A DNA stretch of 64,000 bases, from the NCBI GenBank assembly GCA_014804775.1, contig JAAUZB010000058.1:15180-79179 (forward strand). Reading direction: 5' to 3'. Both the position numbers and the translations under genes were made by a program. The stretch comes from Roseburia sp. Lineage in GTDB: Bacteria; Bacillota; Clostridia; Lachnospirales; Lachnospiraceae. The notes under the pieces are model-generated. The model did not search any database. It worked only from the letters and a program-made list of their open reading frames with translations, and was not told the origin of the DNA. Of the stretch, positions 33,605 through 43,787 are shown in pieces (within the stretch, counting starts at the first letter, position 1; each line of letters starts with the position of its first letter).

Positions 33605-33685
33605 TCAGAAGCAGCATGCGACCGTCTCATTCTTCCGCGCTTCAACCGTATGAGCGCCAGATATAAGCAGTCTTCTTCCATTTTA
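33605..33685 (-). promoter_or_regulatory. Structured 5' leader of the pan operon (pan RNA motif-like)
   Basis: Long interrupted hairpin GGAAG-AAGACUG-CUUAU-AUCU-GGCGCU...AGCGC-GG-AAGAAUGAG-A-CGGUC...CUUCU directly ahead of the GAGGAGG RBS. Confidence 0.6.
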
Positions 33686-33839
33686 TCTCTTTTCTAATCT
33701 GGTATCATTTCCACCTCTGCGGAATATCATCCAACGGTTACTATACCACTTGTTCTAATAAAAGTAAAGTTCTTTCCTTTCCGCTCGAACAATGCTAAAA
33801 TAACCTCATCATCAGTAACATACACATGAAAGGATTCCT

Positions 33840-34571
33840 ATGAATAAGACAGTTCTCGTAACCGGCGCCTCCCGCGGAATCGGACGTGCTATCGCGACGG
33901 AATTTGCACGGGCAGGTTATCGGCTTGTTATTACCTGCTCCAAGTCAGAACAGCTGCTGCTGTCCGTCAAAGAAACACTTCAAAAAGACTTCGGCACAGA
34001 TATCCTCACCAGCATCGGAGACATTGCGGACAGCAGCTATGTCGAGGAGCTGTTTGCTGGCATATCCTCGCGTTTTGGCGGTGTGGATATTCTGGTCAAC
34101 AACGCCGGCATATCTCATATCGGTCTTTTGACCGATATGTCCACGGACGACTGGAACCGCATAGTTGCCACAAATCTGACCTCTGTTTTCTCGACCTGCA
34201 GGCTTGCCATCCCATACATGGTACATCAAAAGCAGGGCAGGATCATCAACATTTCCTCTGTCTGGGGCAATGTCGGCGCATCCTGCGAGGTTGCCTACTC
34301 TGCCTGCAAAGGCGGCATCAACGCATTTACCAGAGCATTAGCCAAGGAACTGGCTCCCAGCAATATCCAGGTGAATGCGATTGCCTGCGGCTGCATTGAC
34401 ACGCAGATGAACGCCTGTCTCTCCAAAGAAGAACGCACAGCGCTGGAAGCCGAGATTCCCGCCGGCCGCTTCGGCACGGCACAGGAGGTCGCTGCGCTTA
34501 CCCTGCAGCTGGCGGACAGCAGCGAATATCTCACCGGGCAGGTGATCACCATGGACGGCGGCTGGATATGA
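33840..34571 (+). CDS. SDR oxidoreductase, FabG/YmfI-like
   Basis: TGASRGIG, NNAG, YSACK catalytic motif, ISSVWGNVGASCE. Confidence 0.9.
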   Translation: MNKTVLVTGASRGIGRAIATEFARAGYRLVITCSKSEQLLLSVKETLQKDFGTDILTSIGDIADSSYVEELFAGISSRFGGVDILVNNAGISHIGLLTDMSTDDWNRIVATNLTSVFSTCRLAIPYMVHQKQGRIINISSVWGNVGASCEVAYSACKGGINAFTRALAKELAPSNIQVNAIACGCIDTQMNACLSKEERTALEAEIPAGRFGTAQEVAALTLQLADSSEYLTGQVITMDGGWI

Positions 34572-34699
34572 ATTTCGGTTGTGAAAGCTTCACCCTGTAG
34601 TTGTATTCTTCTATTATAATAGGGAATGTGCACATCACTATGTATTGACAAAATAATCCCCTCCCTTGATAAGGGAGGGGAAAGAAAGGCATACCTACC

Positions 34700-35065
34700 A
34701 TGACATCTCCAGGGATACGAATTCAACAGCTGCTCGACGAACAACAGATCACGCAACGCAAGCTTGCGGCAGACCTGAATTTAAATCCGAATACCGTCAA
34801 CGGTTATATCCATAACCGCCGCTCTCCTGACTGGATCACTGCTGTACGGATTGCAGAGTATCTCGGCACAAATATAGATTACTTATTAGGACGCACTCCT
34901 GTCAAATGCTATCCGGAGCTGGCGCTGTCCGAGGAAGAAGGCAGGCTGCTTGGCAATTACCGCGCCATGAGCGAAGACCACCGTCAGATCCTGATCGCCC
35001 TCTCCTCCGTTCTGCTTACACGGAATAAGCACTCCGTTCTCCCCGAAAAAAACAGTAATGTGTAA
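34700..35065 (+). CDS. XRE-family HTH transcriptional regulator
   Basis: ITQRKLAADLNLNPNTVNGY...RSPD...IDYLLGR. Confidence 0.9.
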   Translation: MTSPGIRIQQLLDEQQITQRKLAADLNLNPNTVNGYIHNRRSPDWITAVRIAEYLGTNIDYLLGRTPVKCYPELALSEEEGRLLGNYRAMSEDHRQILIALSSVLLTRNKHSVLPEKNSNV

Positions 35066-35068
35066 AAT

Positions 35069-37180
35069 CTATTCCGCCACAAGCACAACCACCGTGCGCG
35101 CCGGAATCTGAAGATTCGTTTTATAGTAAAACTCAGTATGCTCCTCCATGTTTTTTCCGTCCTCATACTCTACGGAAGTGTCAACGCATACCTTCCACTG
35201 CAATCCGTTCGGAAGTTCGGGAAGCTGCATGACCAGCGGCTCCCAATATGCATTCATCGCATAAAAGATGATATCGTCTCTGGAATCCTGTTCATCCCTT
35301 CCTGCATACATCACTCCGATAAGCCTGCTGTTGTGATCTGTTCCTCCATTCCACGGATAACCGTTATGAATACTGATTTCCGGCAGATTGCAGGCTGTCG
35401 TCTTCGTAGGTTTGCGCAAAATTGCATATTTATGCCGAAAATGAATCATGTAGCGGAAAAAATCATGAATCTCCTGATATTCCTCCATCCTTGACCAATC
35501 CAGCCATGACGTTATATTATCCTGGCAATATGCATTGTTATTACCAAATTGGGTGTTACAGAATTCGTCTCCGGCATAGAACATCGCCGGCCCGCGACTG
35601 CACATCAACGTGGCAAATGCGTTTTTCACCATGCGGCGACGCAGCTTCTTGATCTGCGGGTCATCTGTCTCACCTTCTACACCGCAGTTCCAACTGTTTC
35701 CGTTGTTGTCGCCGTCCGTATTATTCCAGCCGTTCTTCTCATTGTGTTTGACGTTGTAGGAGTACAGATCGTACAGTGTAAATCCGTCGTGACAATCCAG
35801 AAAATTCACCGAAGCGCTCATTCCACGGTGTGCCGGATCGTACATATCTCTGGATCCGGTAATTCTGGTGATCGCAGTCCCCGCCATACCCCCGTCTCCC
35901 TTCAGGAAACGGCGTATATCATCCCGATATCTGCCATTCCATTCGGCCCAACGGCTCCACGACGGAAAGCTCCCCACCTGATACAAACCGCCGGCATCCC
36001 ATGCCTCCGCGATCAATTTTGTCTTTCCAAGCATCGCATCACAGGCAATTGCACGCAACAGAGGCGGATCCGACATCGGAGCTCCGTTCTGATCTCTCGT
36101 CAAAATGGAAGCCAGATCAAAGCGGAATCCGTCCACACGGTATTCTGTTACCCAGTAACGCAGGCAGTCAATGATAAAACGCTGCACGGACGGATGATTG
36201 CAGTTCAGTGCATTTCCACAGCCGCTGAAATTATAATAGCTTCCGTTTGGCGTCAGCATATAGTAGATATTGTTGTCAATTCCCTTGAATGAAAAACAGG
36301 GACCGTTCTCATTGCCCTCGGCAGTATGGTTAAACACCACGTCTAAGATCACCTCTATGCCGTTATTCTTCAGCTCATAGATCAGTGCCTTTAACTCGTC
36401 TCCCTCATGGTTATGTTCCACAACCGAAGAATATCCGGTATTGGGTGCAAAAAAGCAGACCGTATTGTAGCCCCAGTAATTATATAGATGTACTCCGTCA
36501 ATGACGCGATGCCCTTCCATCTCATCGAATTCAAAAATAGGCATCAGCTCCACCGCATTGATTCCAAGGTCCTTCAGATACGGAATCTTCTGACGCAGTC
36601 CCTCGTATGTGCCCCTTGCCGTCACACCGGAGGATTCATGCTGTGTAAATCCTCTGACATGCAGCTCATAAATAACCAGATCCTCAAACGGTATCTCCAG
36701 ATTCCTTGAATTTCCCCAGTCGAAGTTATTTTCCACTACTCTTGCATGATAGACCAGATCGTTATCTCCCTCACGGCGCTCTCCCCATTTCTGCTGTCCG
36801 GCAACCGCTCTCGCGTAAGGATCGAGCAGCACGTTATTTTTGTTGAACAGAAGTCCCTTCTCTTTGTCATAAGGACCCTCCAACTGAAAAGCATATTCAA
36901 ATTCCTCTATCTTTAGGCCGTACACCAGCATAGAATACGTATTTCCGATATGATATGCCTCCGGAAATGTCAGCCTGGCATACGGTTCCTTTTCCCGCGG
37001 ATGGAACAAGAGCACGGAACATCTGGTCGCTCCAAAAGAATGAATGGTGAAGCTTACTCCGCCCTGCGCCTGAAATGCTCCATCCCGATTATAAAATCCG
37101 GGGCGAACCTTAAATCCGTCAATTTCATCTAGCGGTTGCAGTGACTCTCCCCGTTTCGGTTTATGCCATATATTACCCAT
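35069..37180 (-). CDS. glgX: Glycogen debranching enzyme / isoamylase (GH13)
   Basis: NYWGYN, LDVVFNHTAEG, DGFRFDLAS, IAEAWD, HDGFTLYD, GNNNAYCQD. Confidence 0.95.
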   Translation of the reverse strand: MGNIWHKPKRGESLQPLDEIDGFKVRPGFYNRDGAFQAQGGVSFTIHSFGATRCSVLLFHPREKEPYARLTFPEAYHIGNTYSMLVYGLKIEEFEYAFQLEGPYDKEKGLLFNKNNVLLDPYARAVAGQQKWGERREGDNDLVYHARVVENNFDWGNSRNLEIPFEDLVIYELHVRGFTQHESSGVTARGTYEGLRQKIPYLKDLGINAVELMPIFEFDEMEGHRVIDGVHLYNYWGYNTVCFFAPNTGYSSVVEHNHEGDELKALIYELKNNGIEVILDVVFNHTAEGNENGPCFSFKGIDNNIYYMLTPNGSYYNFSGCGNALNCNHPSVQRFIIDCLRYWVTEYRVDGFRFDLASILTRDQNGAPMSDPPLLRAIACDAMLGKTKLIAEAWDAGGLYQVGSFPSWSRWAEWNGRYRDDIRRFLKGDGGMAGTAITRITGSRDMYDPAHRGMSASVNFLDCHDGFTLYDLYSYNVKHNEKNGWNNTDGDNNGNSWNCGVEGETDDPQIKKLRRRMVKNAFATLMCSRGPAMFYAGDEFCNTQFGNNNAYCQDNITSWLDWSRMEEYQEIHDFFRYMIHFRHKYAILRKPTKTTACNLPEISIHNGYPWNGGTDHNSRLIGVMYAGRDEQDSRDDIIFYAMNAYWEPLVMQLPELPNGLQWKVCVDTSVEYEDGKNMEEHTEFYYKTNLQIPARTVVVLVAE

Positions 37181-37362
37181 TTGTTGTCTCCCTTCCAGCT
37201 AAACTTTGCGTGTCGCAGGTAATATCTACCCACACCTTTCTTTATTATAATCGTTTCGGCAGTTTTTTACAAGCAATGACTCTCTTTTAGTCTTGTTATT
37301 TGCCCGTAAAAATTTTATAATAGTGAGTATCACAGGTAATATATAGAAATGGAGGTTCCAAA

Positions 37363-37869
37363 ATGCATACGTTTCAACCACTTTCTACAGACTATCTCGA
37401 GTTTAACCCGTTTACCAAAATTGGAAAAGAATGGGCTCTTCTGACTGCCGGAACTAAGCTGAATGCCAACCCGATGACGATCAGTTGGGGCGGCATGGGT
37501 GTATTGTGGGGTAAAAATGTTGTTTTTGTATTTGTACGTGATTCCAGATATACCAAGGAACTGCTTGATAAGATGGATTTCTTTTCGCTGACCTTTTTAG
37601 ATGAGACCTACCGCGCTTCCCTAAATTACTGTGGCTCTCATTCAGGACGGGAAGGCAACAAATGGGAGGGGGCTTCGCTTACTATGGGGGTACGGCTTGG
37701 CATCCCGTATGTAGACGACGGAAATCTGGTACTTCTCTGCCAAAAAATGTCAGCTACCCGCATCACGGAAGAGTCGTTTCTGGACCCTGAGATCAAGGGC
37801 AAATGGTATCAGGACGGCGATATGCACACCATGTATGTTGCAGAAATCATTGACGTGATGGCGCGTTAA
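37363..37869 (+). CDS. Flavin reductase-like protein
   Basis: NPMTISWGG.GVLWGK, RYTKE, CGSHSGR, HTMYVAEI. Confidence 0.85.
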   Translation: MHTFQPLSTDYLEFNPFTKIGKEWALLTAGTKLNANPMTISWGGMGVLWGKNVVFVFVRDSRYTKELLDKMDFFSLTFLDETYRASLNYCGSHSGREGNKWEGASLTMGVRLGIPYVDDGNLVLLCQKMSATRITEESFLDPEIKGKWYQDGDMHTMYVAEIIDVMAR

Positions 37870-37916
37870 GGCATCCTGATCCGCTAAACCATCATGTATC
37901 AAAGGAGGTTATTTCC

Positions 37917-38069
37917 ATGGAAGAGAAGCTCTATAAAGCAATGGGTTCCGCCGGCGCTGCCAATCTTGCAATCGGCATCTGCATTTTGGCAGGGGGAATT
38001 GCAAGCGGCATCATATTAATTGTAAGCGGCGCAAGATTGCTGAAAAACAAATCCAAAATCATGTTCTAG
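37917..38069 (+). CDS. 50-aa small membrane protein (below the ORF-track cutoff)
   Basis: AAAGGAGG RBS; MEEKLYKAMGSAGAANLAIGICILAGGIASGIILIVSGARLLKNKSKIMF; followed by a terminator. Confidence 0.8.
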   Translation: MEEKLYKAMGSAGAANLAIGICILAGGIASGIILIVSGARLLKNKSKIMF

Positions 38070-38082
38070 AATTATCACAGGA

Positions 38083-38135
38083 ACCGCTGTATTGGCATCA
38101 TACAGACTTTGATGCCAGCACAGCGGTCTTATTTT
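38083..38135 (+). terminator. Long terminator hairpin
   Basis: ACCGCTGTATTGGCATCA...TGATGCCAGCACAGCGGT then a T-rich tract. Confidence 0.7.
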
Positions 38136-38214
38136 TGATTTTTCCTGCGACAAAATTTTTTGTGATATTTCTGTGTCTGGCAGGTCTTATAGAGGAAAGG
38201 AGGAACCGAATGGG

Positions 38215-38712
38215 ATGAATCGATCAGATTTACAGTTTGAACAATATTACGAAGACGTATTTCGGTTTCTGAGAGGAATTTCCGCCGATGAGCACCTGGC
38301 AGAAGAATTGACGCAGGAAACATTCTATCGGGCATTAAAATCCATAGACACTTACCGAGGGGATTCCAGTCTGCGCGTTTGGCTGTGTTCCATTGCCAAA
38401 AACCTGTACTATACGCACTGCCAAAGGCAAAAGCACCTTACTCCTGCCGACTCTCTGGACGCTTATGAGTCCGAAGAAAGACCCTTTTCAGAGCTTATCG
38501 CCGATAAGGAAACAGCGCTTCAGGTTCACAAAGTTCTTCACCGTCTGCGGGAACCCTACAAGGAAATTTTCTCACTCAGAATCTTCGGGGAACTGTCCTT
38601 CAAAGAAATCGGAGCTCTTTTCGAAAAATCAGAACACTGGGCATGTGTGACCTATCACCGCGCCAAAGAAATGATCCAAAACGAAATGGAACCTAAAAGG
38701 AGGAAACTATGA
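38215..38712 (+). CDS. ECF RNA polymerase sigma-70 factor
   Basis: AEELTQETFYRAL, WLCSIAKN, ELSFKEIG...WACVTYHRAK. Confidence 0.93.
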   Translation: MNRSDLQFEQYYEDVFRFLRGISADEHLAEELTQETFYRALKSIDTYRGDSSLRVWLCSIAKNLYYTHCQRQKHLTPADSLDAYESEERPFSELIADKETALQVHKVLHRLREPYKEIFSLRIFGELSFKEIGALFEKSEHWACVTYHRAKEMIQNEMEPKRRKL

Positions 38713-39566
38713 AAATGGAATGTGATATCATCCGGGATCTTATGCCCCTTTATGCAGAAGATATGGTGAGCGAAAAGAGCAGAGAGGCAGTGGACAGCCA
38801 TTTAGAGGAATGTGCCGAGTGCAAAAACATTTATATAGAAATGACTGCACCCAAGATACCGGTTCAGTTCAGCACGGAACCCGCAAAAAGCTTTCAAAGG
38901 TATATGCAAAAAGAGAAAAGACGCGCGGGCATTAAAGTGGCGTTGATTTCCATCGGCGTAGTATTAGCTGCCATACTGATCCGTCTTATTCTGCTTGGAG
39001 CAACAGTCGGTTTTCTTGCATTTGACATGAAAAACGCAAAGATAGAGGAAGATACCGATGTCAGCCATTATCGGCAGTATATCGGTGCGGACGCAGATGA
39101 CCGATACAGCAGTAAATTAGGAATGGACGAAAGTATTTTCCCGGAAGACATTACTTCCGATATGAATGTCACGGACTACAAAATGGTCTATTACAATCCG
39201 TGGGACCCACAATGGCTAAGCTACCTGGCGGTCGAATACGACGATGCCGCTTATCACGCGGAGATTGAGCGCCTAAGCAGCTATCCCTCCGACGAATATC
39301 AAGGCATCTACGGCGCGCAGGACTTCCATGAAGGCTACGAACTGCTTGCGATAAGCTCAGACCCCTATTATGGCTTCGTCTACGCCCTGACCGACGGGAA
39401 CCGGCAGATCATATATGTGGAGATCATTTTCTGCAACTATTTTATGGATCTCGATTATGAATCGTATATTGACTCATCCTATCTTCCAGTCGGGTTTGAT
39501 GCCACGACCGACAATCCGTACAGGGAAAAAATAATGAGCGAGCACGATCCGTATAAAATCTTTTAA
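38709..39566 (+). CDS. zf-HC2 membrane anti-sigma factor
   Basis: CDIIRDLMPLY...HLEECAEC, TM helix, extracellular domain; ATGA overlap with the sigma gene. Confidence 0.9.
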   Translation: MKMECDIIRDLMPLYAEDMVSEKSREAVDSHLEECAECKNIYIEMTAPKIPVQFSTEPAKSFQRYMQKEKRRAGIKVALISIGVVLAAILIRLILLGATVGFLAFDMKNAKIEEDTDVSHYRQYIGADADDRYSSKLGMDESIFPEDITSDMNVTDYKMVYYNPWDPQWLSYLAVEYDDAAYHAEIERLSSYPSDEYQGIYGAQDFHEGYELLAISSDPYYGFVYALTDGNRQIIYVEIIFCNYFMDLDYESYIDSSYLPVGFDATTDNPYREKIMSEHDPYKIF

Positions 39567-39599
39567 TGCAACACATGTTTATAGAAAAGGAAATTTGCC

Positions 39600-40979
39600 A
39601 TGAATGAAAATGAAATCAAAACGATTGTCACAAAACAGCGTGCTTTTTTTAGTACCGGCGCCACATTAGATGTCGGCTACCGGATCAAAGCATTGAAAAA
39701 ACTGCAAAATGCGATTCAGAAAAACGAGGAAGCGATCGGTGCGGCAATCCAGAAAGACCTCGGAAAAAGCAGCTTTGAAAGCTACATGTGTGAAACCGGT
39801 CTATGTCTCAGTGAGATCAGCTACATGATCCGGCACACGCCTTCTTTTGCCAGAGAAAAGACCGTGCACACACCGCTCGCACAGTTTCATTCCAGAAGCT
39901 ACCGGAAACCGTCGCCATACGGCGTTACTCTCATCATGAGTCCCTGGAATTACCCGTTTTTACTCACCGTGGACCCGTTAGTGGATGCGATCGCCGCCGG
40001 AAATACCGCAGTCGTAAAGCCCAGCGCCTACTCCCCACATACCGGTGAGATCATCCGGCAGCTGATCAGCGAATGCTTTGAGGAAGAATATGTTGCCGTC
40101 ATCACCGGCGGACGTGCGGAAAACACCTGCCTGCTGAACGAACATTTCGACTATATCTTTTTCACCGGAAGCCAGAGCGTCGGAAAAGAAGTGATGAGAC
40201 ATGCCGCCAATCATCTGACCCCCGTCACCCTTGAGCTTGGCGGGAAAAGTCCCTGCATCGTGACACAGAGCGCCAACATAAAGCTGGTGGCAAAGCGGAT
40301 CGTGTTCGGCAAATTTCTAAACTGCGGTCAGACCTGTGTTGCCCCCGACTATATTTACTGTGATGCCACGGTAAAGGAGCCGCTGTTGGCAGAAATAAAA
40401 AAACAGATCCGGCTCCAATTTGGAGACGATCCGTTAAGCAACCGCAATTACGGAAAAATTATTAACCAAAAGCATTTTGACCGTATCTTAAAGCTGATCG
40501 ACAAGGAAAAAACCGTACACGGGGGCAATTCAAACAGCCAGACGCTGCAGATCGAGCCGACTGTGCTCGATTCCGTGACCTTTGAAGATGCCGTTATGCA
40601 GGAGGAGATTTTTGGACCGGTTCTGCCAATTCTCACCTATCATTCCATCAATGATGCCATCCAAAAGATCAATTCCATGGAGCATCCTCTTGCTCTGTAT
40701 CTGTTTACACGAAGTCAGGCAACCGTAAAGAAAGTGACCTCACAGTGCGGGTTTGGCGGCGGATGCATTAATGATACCGTCATTCATCTTGCCACGAGCG
40801 AAATGGGATTCGGCGGCTTTGGCGAAAGCGGAATGGGCTCTTACCACGGAAAAGACGGGTTCCAGACATTTTCCCACTACAAGAGCATTGTAGACAAAAA
40901 AACCTGGATAGACCTTCCCATGCGCTATCAGCCTTACAGCAGCTTTTACGATAAGCTGGTCCATTTCTTTCTGAAATAG
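39600..40979 (+). CDS. Aldehyde dehydrogenase (ALDH3-like)
   Basis: SPWNYP, FTGS, LELGGKSP, GQTCVAPD, EEIFGP. Confidence 0.96.
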   Translation: MNENEIKTIVTKQRAFFSTGATLDVGYRIKALKKLQNAIQKNEEAIGAAIQKDLGKSSFESYMCETGLCLSEISYMIRHTPSFAREKTVHTPLAQFHSRSYRKPSPYGVTLIMSPWNYPFLLTVDPLVDAIAAGNTAVVKPSAYSPHTGEIIRQLISECFEEEYVAVITGGRAENTCLLNEHFDYIFFTGSQSVGKEVMRHAANHLTPVTLELGGKSPCIVTQSANIKLVAKRIVFGKFLNCGQTCVAPDYIYCDATVKEPLLAEIKKQIRLQFGDDPLSNRNYGKIINQKHFDRILKLIDKEKTVHGGNSNSQTLQIEPTVLDSVTFEDAVMQEEIFGPVLPILTYHSINDAIQKINSMEHPLALYLFTRSQATVKKVTSQCGFGGGCINDTVIHLATSEMGFGGFGESGMGSYHGKDGFQTFSHYKSIVDKKTWIDLPMRYQPYSSFYDKLVHFFLK

Positions 40980-40981
40980 GA

Positions 40982-41641
40982 TCAAATTCTGAGTAGCTGC
41001 CCAAGCTCTATATATTCCACATATTGTGCAAATTCATCTTCTTTGGCACATACAGATACTTTGTATCCCGGAATCTCATATTCCATGATATGACAGGAGA
41101 GCATTTGTCCATCCCGCCACACGCTTACTTTCTCAGCATCTAAGAGAAACTCAAAGCTGTCGAGCGGAAGGCGCATTCCCTCTCCTGTCATCTTTATATA
41201 ACTCTCCTTCATTGTCCAGAGGCGGAAAAACATCGCCGCTCTCCCCTCTTCCCCGCATGCCCGCAGATATTCTGCTTCATGCCGGTGAAAGAAATGTTCA
41301 GCCACCCGTTCCGGCGCTTTCGCGATTTTTTCCACGTCACAGCCCACCGCCTGCTCTCCCACCGCGCAGATGACAAACTCTGCCGAATGTGACAGATTAA
41401 AACAGATTCCTTCCACTTCCGGCTTTCCGTCTGCTCCTATCCGTATTTCTTCCGGCGATGCACCATAAAGAGGTAGGATTTTTCCCAACAAAATGCCTGC
41501 CCCCAAGCTTCTTTTTCTGTCAGCCGCCTGTACAAACCTCATGGTATTTTTTTTTCGCTCATCGGTCAGATTCTCAAGCACCTCCGGATTTTCTTTAGGG
41601 TCCGGCAGATTGCTGATATCTGCTGCATATAAATGTACCAT
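40982..41641 (-). CDS. Sfp-type 4'-phosphopantetheinyl transferase
   Basis: GKP, FNLSHS, VGCDVE, FFRLWTMKESYIK..GEG. Confidence 0.93.
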   Translation of the reverse strand: MVHLYAADISNLPDPKENPEVLENLTDERKKNTMRFVQAADRKRSLGAGILLGKILPLYGASPEEIRIGADGKPEVEGICFNLSHSAEFVICAVGEQAVGCDVEKIAKAPERVAEHFFHRHEAEYLRACGEEGRAAMFFRLWTMKESYIKMTGEGMRLPLDSFEFLLDAEKVSVWRDGQMLSCHIMEYEIPGYKVSVCAKEDEFAQYVEYIELGQLLRI

Positions 41642-41678
41642 TTCCTGTCCCTTTCACCGTGCTGTCTATGCCTTTCCC

Positions 41679-41732
41679 ATGATACGTCAGATTTCTATGA
41701 CGCGTCAAATTTCTATGATGCGACAAACATAC
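41679..41732. repeat. Three imperfect tandem 18-bp repeats
   Basis: ATGATACGTCAGATTTCT / ATGACGCGTCAAATTTCT / ATGATGCGACAAACATAC. Confidence 0.65.
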
Positions 41733-42492
41733 CGTACTCTTTCGGAACGTGCAAAATACCGTCTGTCATATTTTGCAGCAAAATTTCTCTTATTTCTTTT
41801 CGGGGTACATTATTTAACGATGTCATACTTGAAAGAGAATAAATGTAGTCTACCATATCGTCTACGTGCGTAACTGCCAAGGAATCTGTATATTCCAATT
41901 TTTCAACATCGCAGAACATCCTCCTTAATATTTCAGTTCCGTTTTGAAGAGTAAAATTTTTGTTTATAGTATCCTCAACGCCATAAACAGAAAGAATCTT
42001 AGAAAGGTACTCTATAATTCCATGCTCACCATATGTCGCACAGTAAAAAGAACCGTTTTTCTTTAAGACCCGCCGGACTTCAGCCAGCCCTTCGTCTATA
42101 TCAGGGACATGGTACAGCATCATATTCGCTATAACAATATCAAACGTCTCATCCTCATACGGTATTTTCTGGATGTCTATCACTCTATACTCAATATTAT
42201 CATAACTGCTTAAGTTTTGTTTTGCCGTTTCTACCATTCCCTCAGAAAAATCCGAAAGCACCAGTTGTGAACAGGAATTTATCACTGCATCTTCGTGCTT
42301 CCACATATCCCCTGTTCCGCAGCCCAATTCTAAAACCTTCATGCCCTTATCAATTTTATAGTTGGAAACAATCCAATTCCCAAATCCCATCTTGTTTGTC
42401 GAATATTTATCGTGGATTGATATTCTGGTATTTAGATTATCTGCATTCGCATATTGATGCTTCACTACCGCCGTATCATTAATTTCGCTCAT
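41713..42492 (-). CDS. Class I SAM-dependent methyltransferase
   Basis: VLELGCGTG, LSDFSEGM, FDIVIANMMLYHV. Confidence 0.92.
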   Translation of the reverse strand: MSEINDTAVVKHQYANADNLNTRISIHDKYSTNKMGFGNWIVSNYKIDKGMKVLELGCGTGDMWKHEDAVINSCSQLVLSDFSEGMVETAKQNLSSYDNIEYRVIDIQKIPYEDETFDIVIANMMLYHVPDIDEGLAEVRRVLKKNGSFYCATYGEHGIIEYLSKILSVYGVEDTINKNFTLQNGTEILRRMFCDVEKLEYTDSLAVTHVDDMVDYIYSLSSMTSLNNVPRKEIREILLQNMTDGILHVPKEYGMFVAS

Positions 42493-42532
42493 GCCTTGGC
42501 CTCCTCAAGTTTAAATCCTGTGTCTCATTATA

Positions 42533-43294
42533 TCAAAATAGCTCTTTCGATATCAACCCCATTGCTTTTTTCACAAAGTCGTCCGCGCTCTTTGTCTCTA
42601 CCGCCATCACTCTATCCGATGCATAGCACTCCAGCGCCTCCGCGATCATGGAACGGTACTGAAGCGGCAGATGTTCTATTCCCCATTTCCCGCCTTCTTC
42701 CTTGGATAGGCATAACCCTTCCTCCACAAATGCTAAAACTCTGCACAAATTGAGCGTGATATAAATCGGCTGTTCTAAAATATCCTCTGCAGCATTTTCA
42801 ATATCAGCGCAAATACTGTCAATATAATTCTGCCTCGGCACCGGGGCAAATACATTTTCTATCTTTTCTCCCCAGAGTACAATTCCGTACTTTGTGATAA
42901 TGGTGAAATGCGCCGCCAAATCGATATCTTCGCCCTTCATGTTCTCTATATATTCCTGCGGATCGTCGATGAACCGCTGCAAATGCATCGGCGAAAAATG
43001 CAATTCAAACGGCGTGGGATAGACAAACGGATTACAGTATTCTCTCTTTACAACACTGATCTCCAAACCTTTTGACGGAGCTTGTCCGTTTAAGTCCACA
43101 ATGTGTTTCATAAGCATGATTTTTTGTGTATCTGAAATATCATCTTCAATGACGATGATCAGGTCGATGTCACTTTTATCCGGGTTAAAACACCCCATCG
43201 CCATTGAACCGTGTAAATATACGCCGGTAAGTTTTGTTCCCAATATTTCTCTGCTTTTGTCTACGATTTTATCCAAAATATTCTGATACTGCAT
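42533..43294 (-). CDS. Aminoglycoside adenylyltransferase-like nucleotidyltransferase (ANT(3'')/ANT(9)-like, DUF4111)
   Basis: GVYLHGS.AMG....SDIDL, DIDLAAHF, LNLCR, SKEEGGKW. Confidence 0.85.
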   Translation of the reverse strand: MQYQNILDKIVDKSREILGTKLTGVYLHGSMAMGCFNPDKSDIDLIIVIEDDISDTQKIMLMKHIVDLNGQAPSKGLEISVVKREYCNPFVYPTPFELHFSPMHLQRFIDDPQEYIENMKGEDIDLAAHFTIITKYGIVLWGEKIENVFAPVPRQNYIDSICADIENAAEDILEQPIYITLNLCRVLAFVEEGLCLSKEEGGKWGIEHLPLQYRSMIAEALECYASDRVMAVETKSADDFVKKAMGLISKELF

Positions 43295-43320
43295 AACCCT
43301 CTCCTCCGCACCGGCTTACA

Positions 43321-43770
43321 TCATTTTAGTAAGCCCTTTTCAATCCTTTTGAGTTCATGGATATTTTTATTCCGGTATACTAAATCATCTCTTACGGAAA
43401 AACCAGCCTTTTCCCAGAAAATATTTCCCGATATATTTTTCTCAAATGCCACCAATGCCACTTTATGTATTCCTTCCATCTCCAACGCCGCTAATGCCGA
43501 ATCGACAAGCTTTCTCCCTATTCCATTTCCCCTGTATTCCATCTTCACAGTAGTGTGATAGATAAAACCTCTGCGTCCATCATGTCCACTCATAATAACG
43601 CCCACAAGTTCTCCGTTATCTTCAGCTACAAAGCATGTATTGGGATTTCTAAGCAGGTATTTTGCAATCCCTTCCCTCGAATCGTCTATTGTATTTAATC
43701 CCATACCCTCCGTATGCATCCATAAATTATATACATTTTCATAATCCTCAATATTCATTGTCCGAATCAT
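43321..43770 (-). CDS. GNAT N-acetyltransferase (YpeA-like)
   Basis: GHDGRRGFIYH, YRGNGIG, FWEKAGF. Confidence 0.92.
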   Translation of the reverse strand: MIRTMNIEDYENVYNLWMHTEGMGLNTIDDSREGIAKYLLRNPNTCFVAEDNGELVGVIMSGHDGRRGFIYHTTVKMEYRGNGIGRKLVDSALAALEMEGIHKVALVAFEKNISGNIFWEKAGFSVRDDLVYRNKNIHELKRIEKGLLK

Positions 43771-43787
43771 ATCTATCCTCCCCTGTT

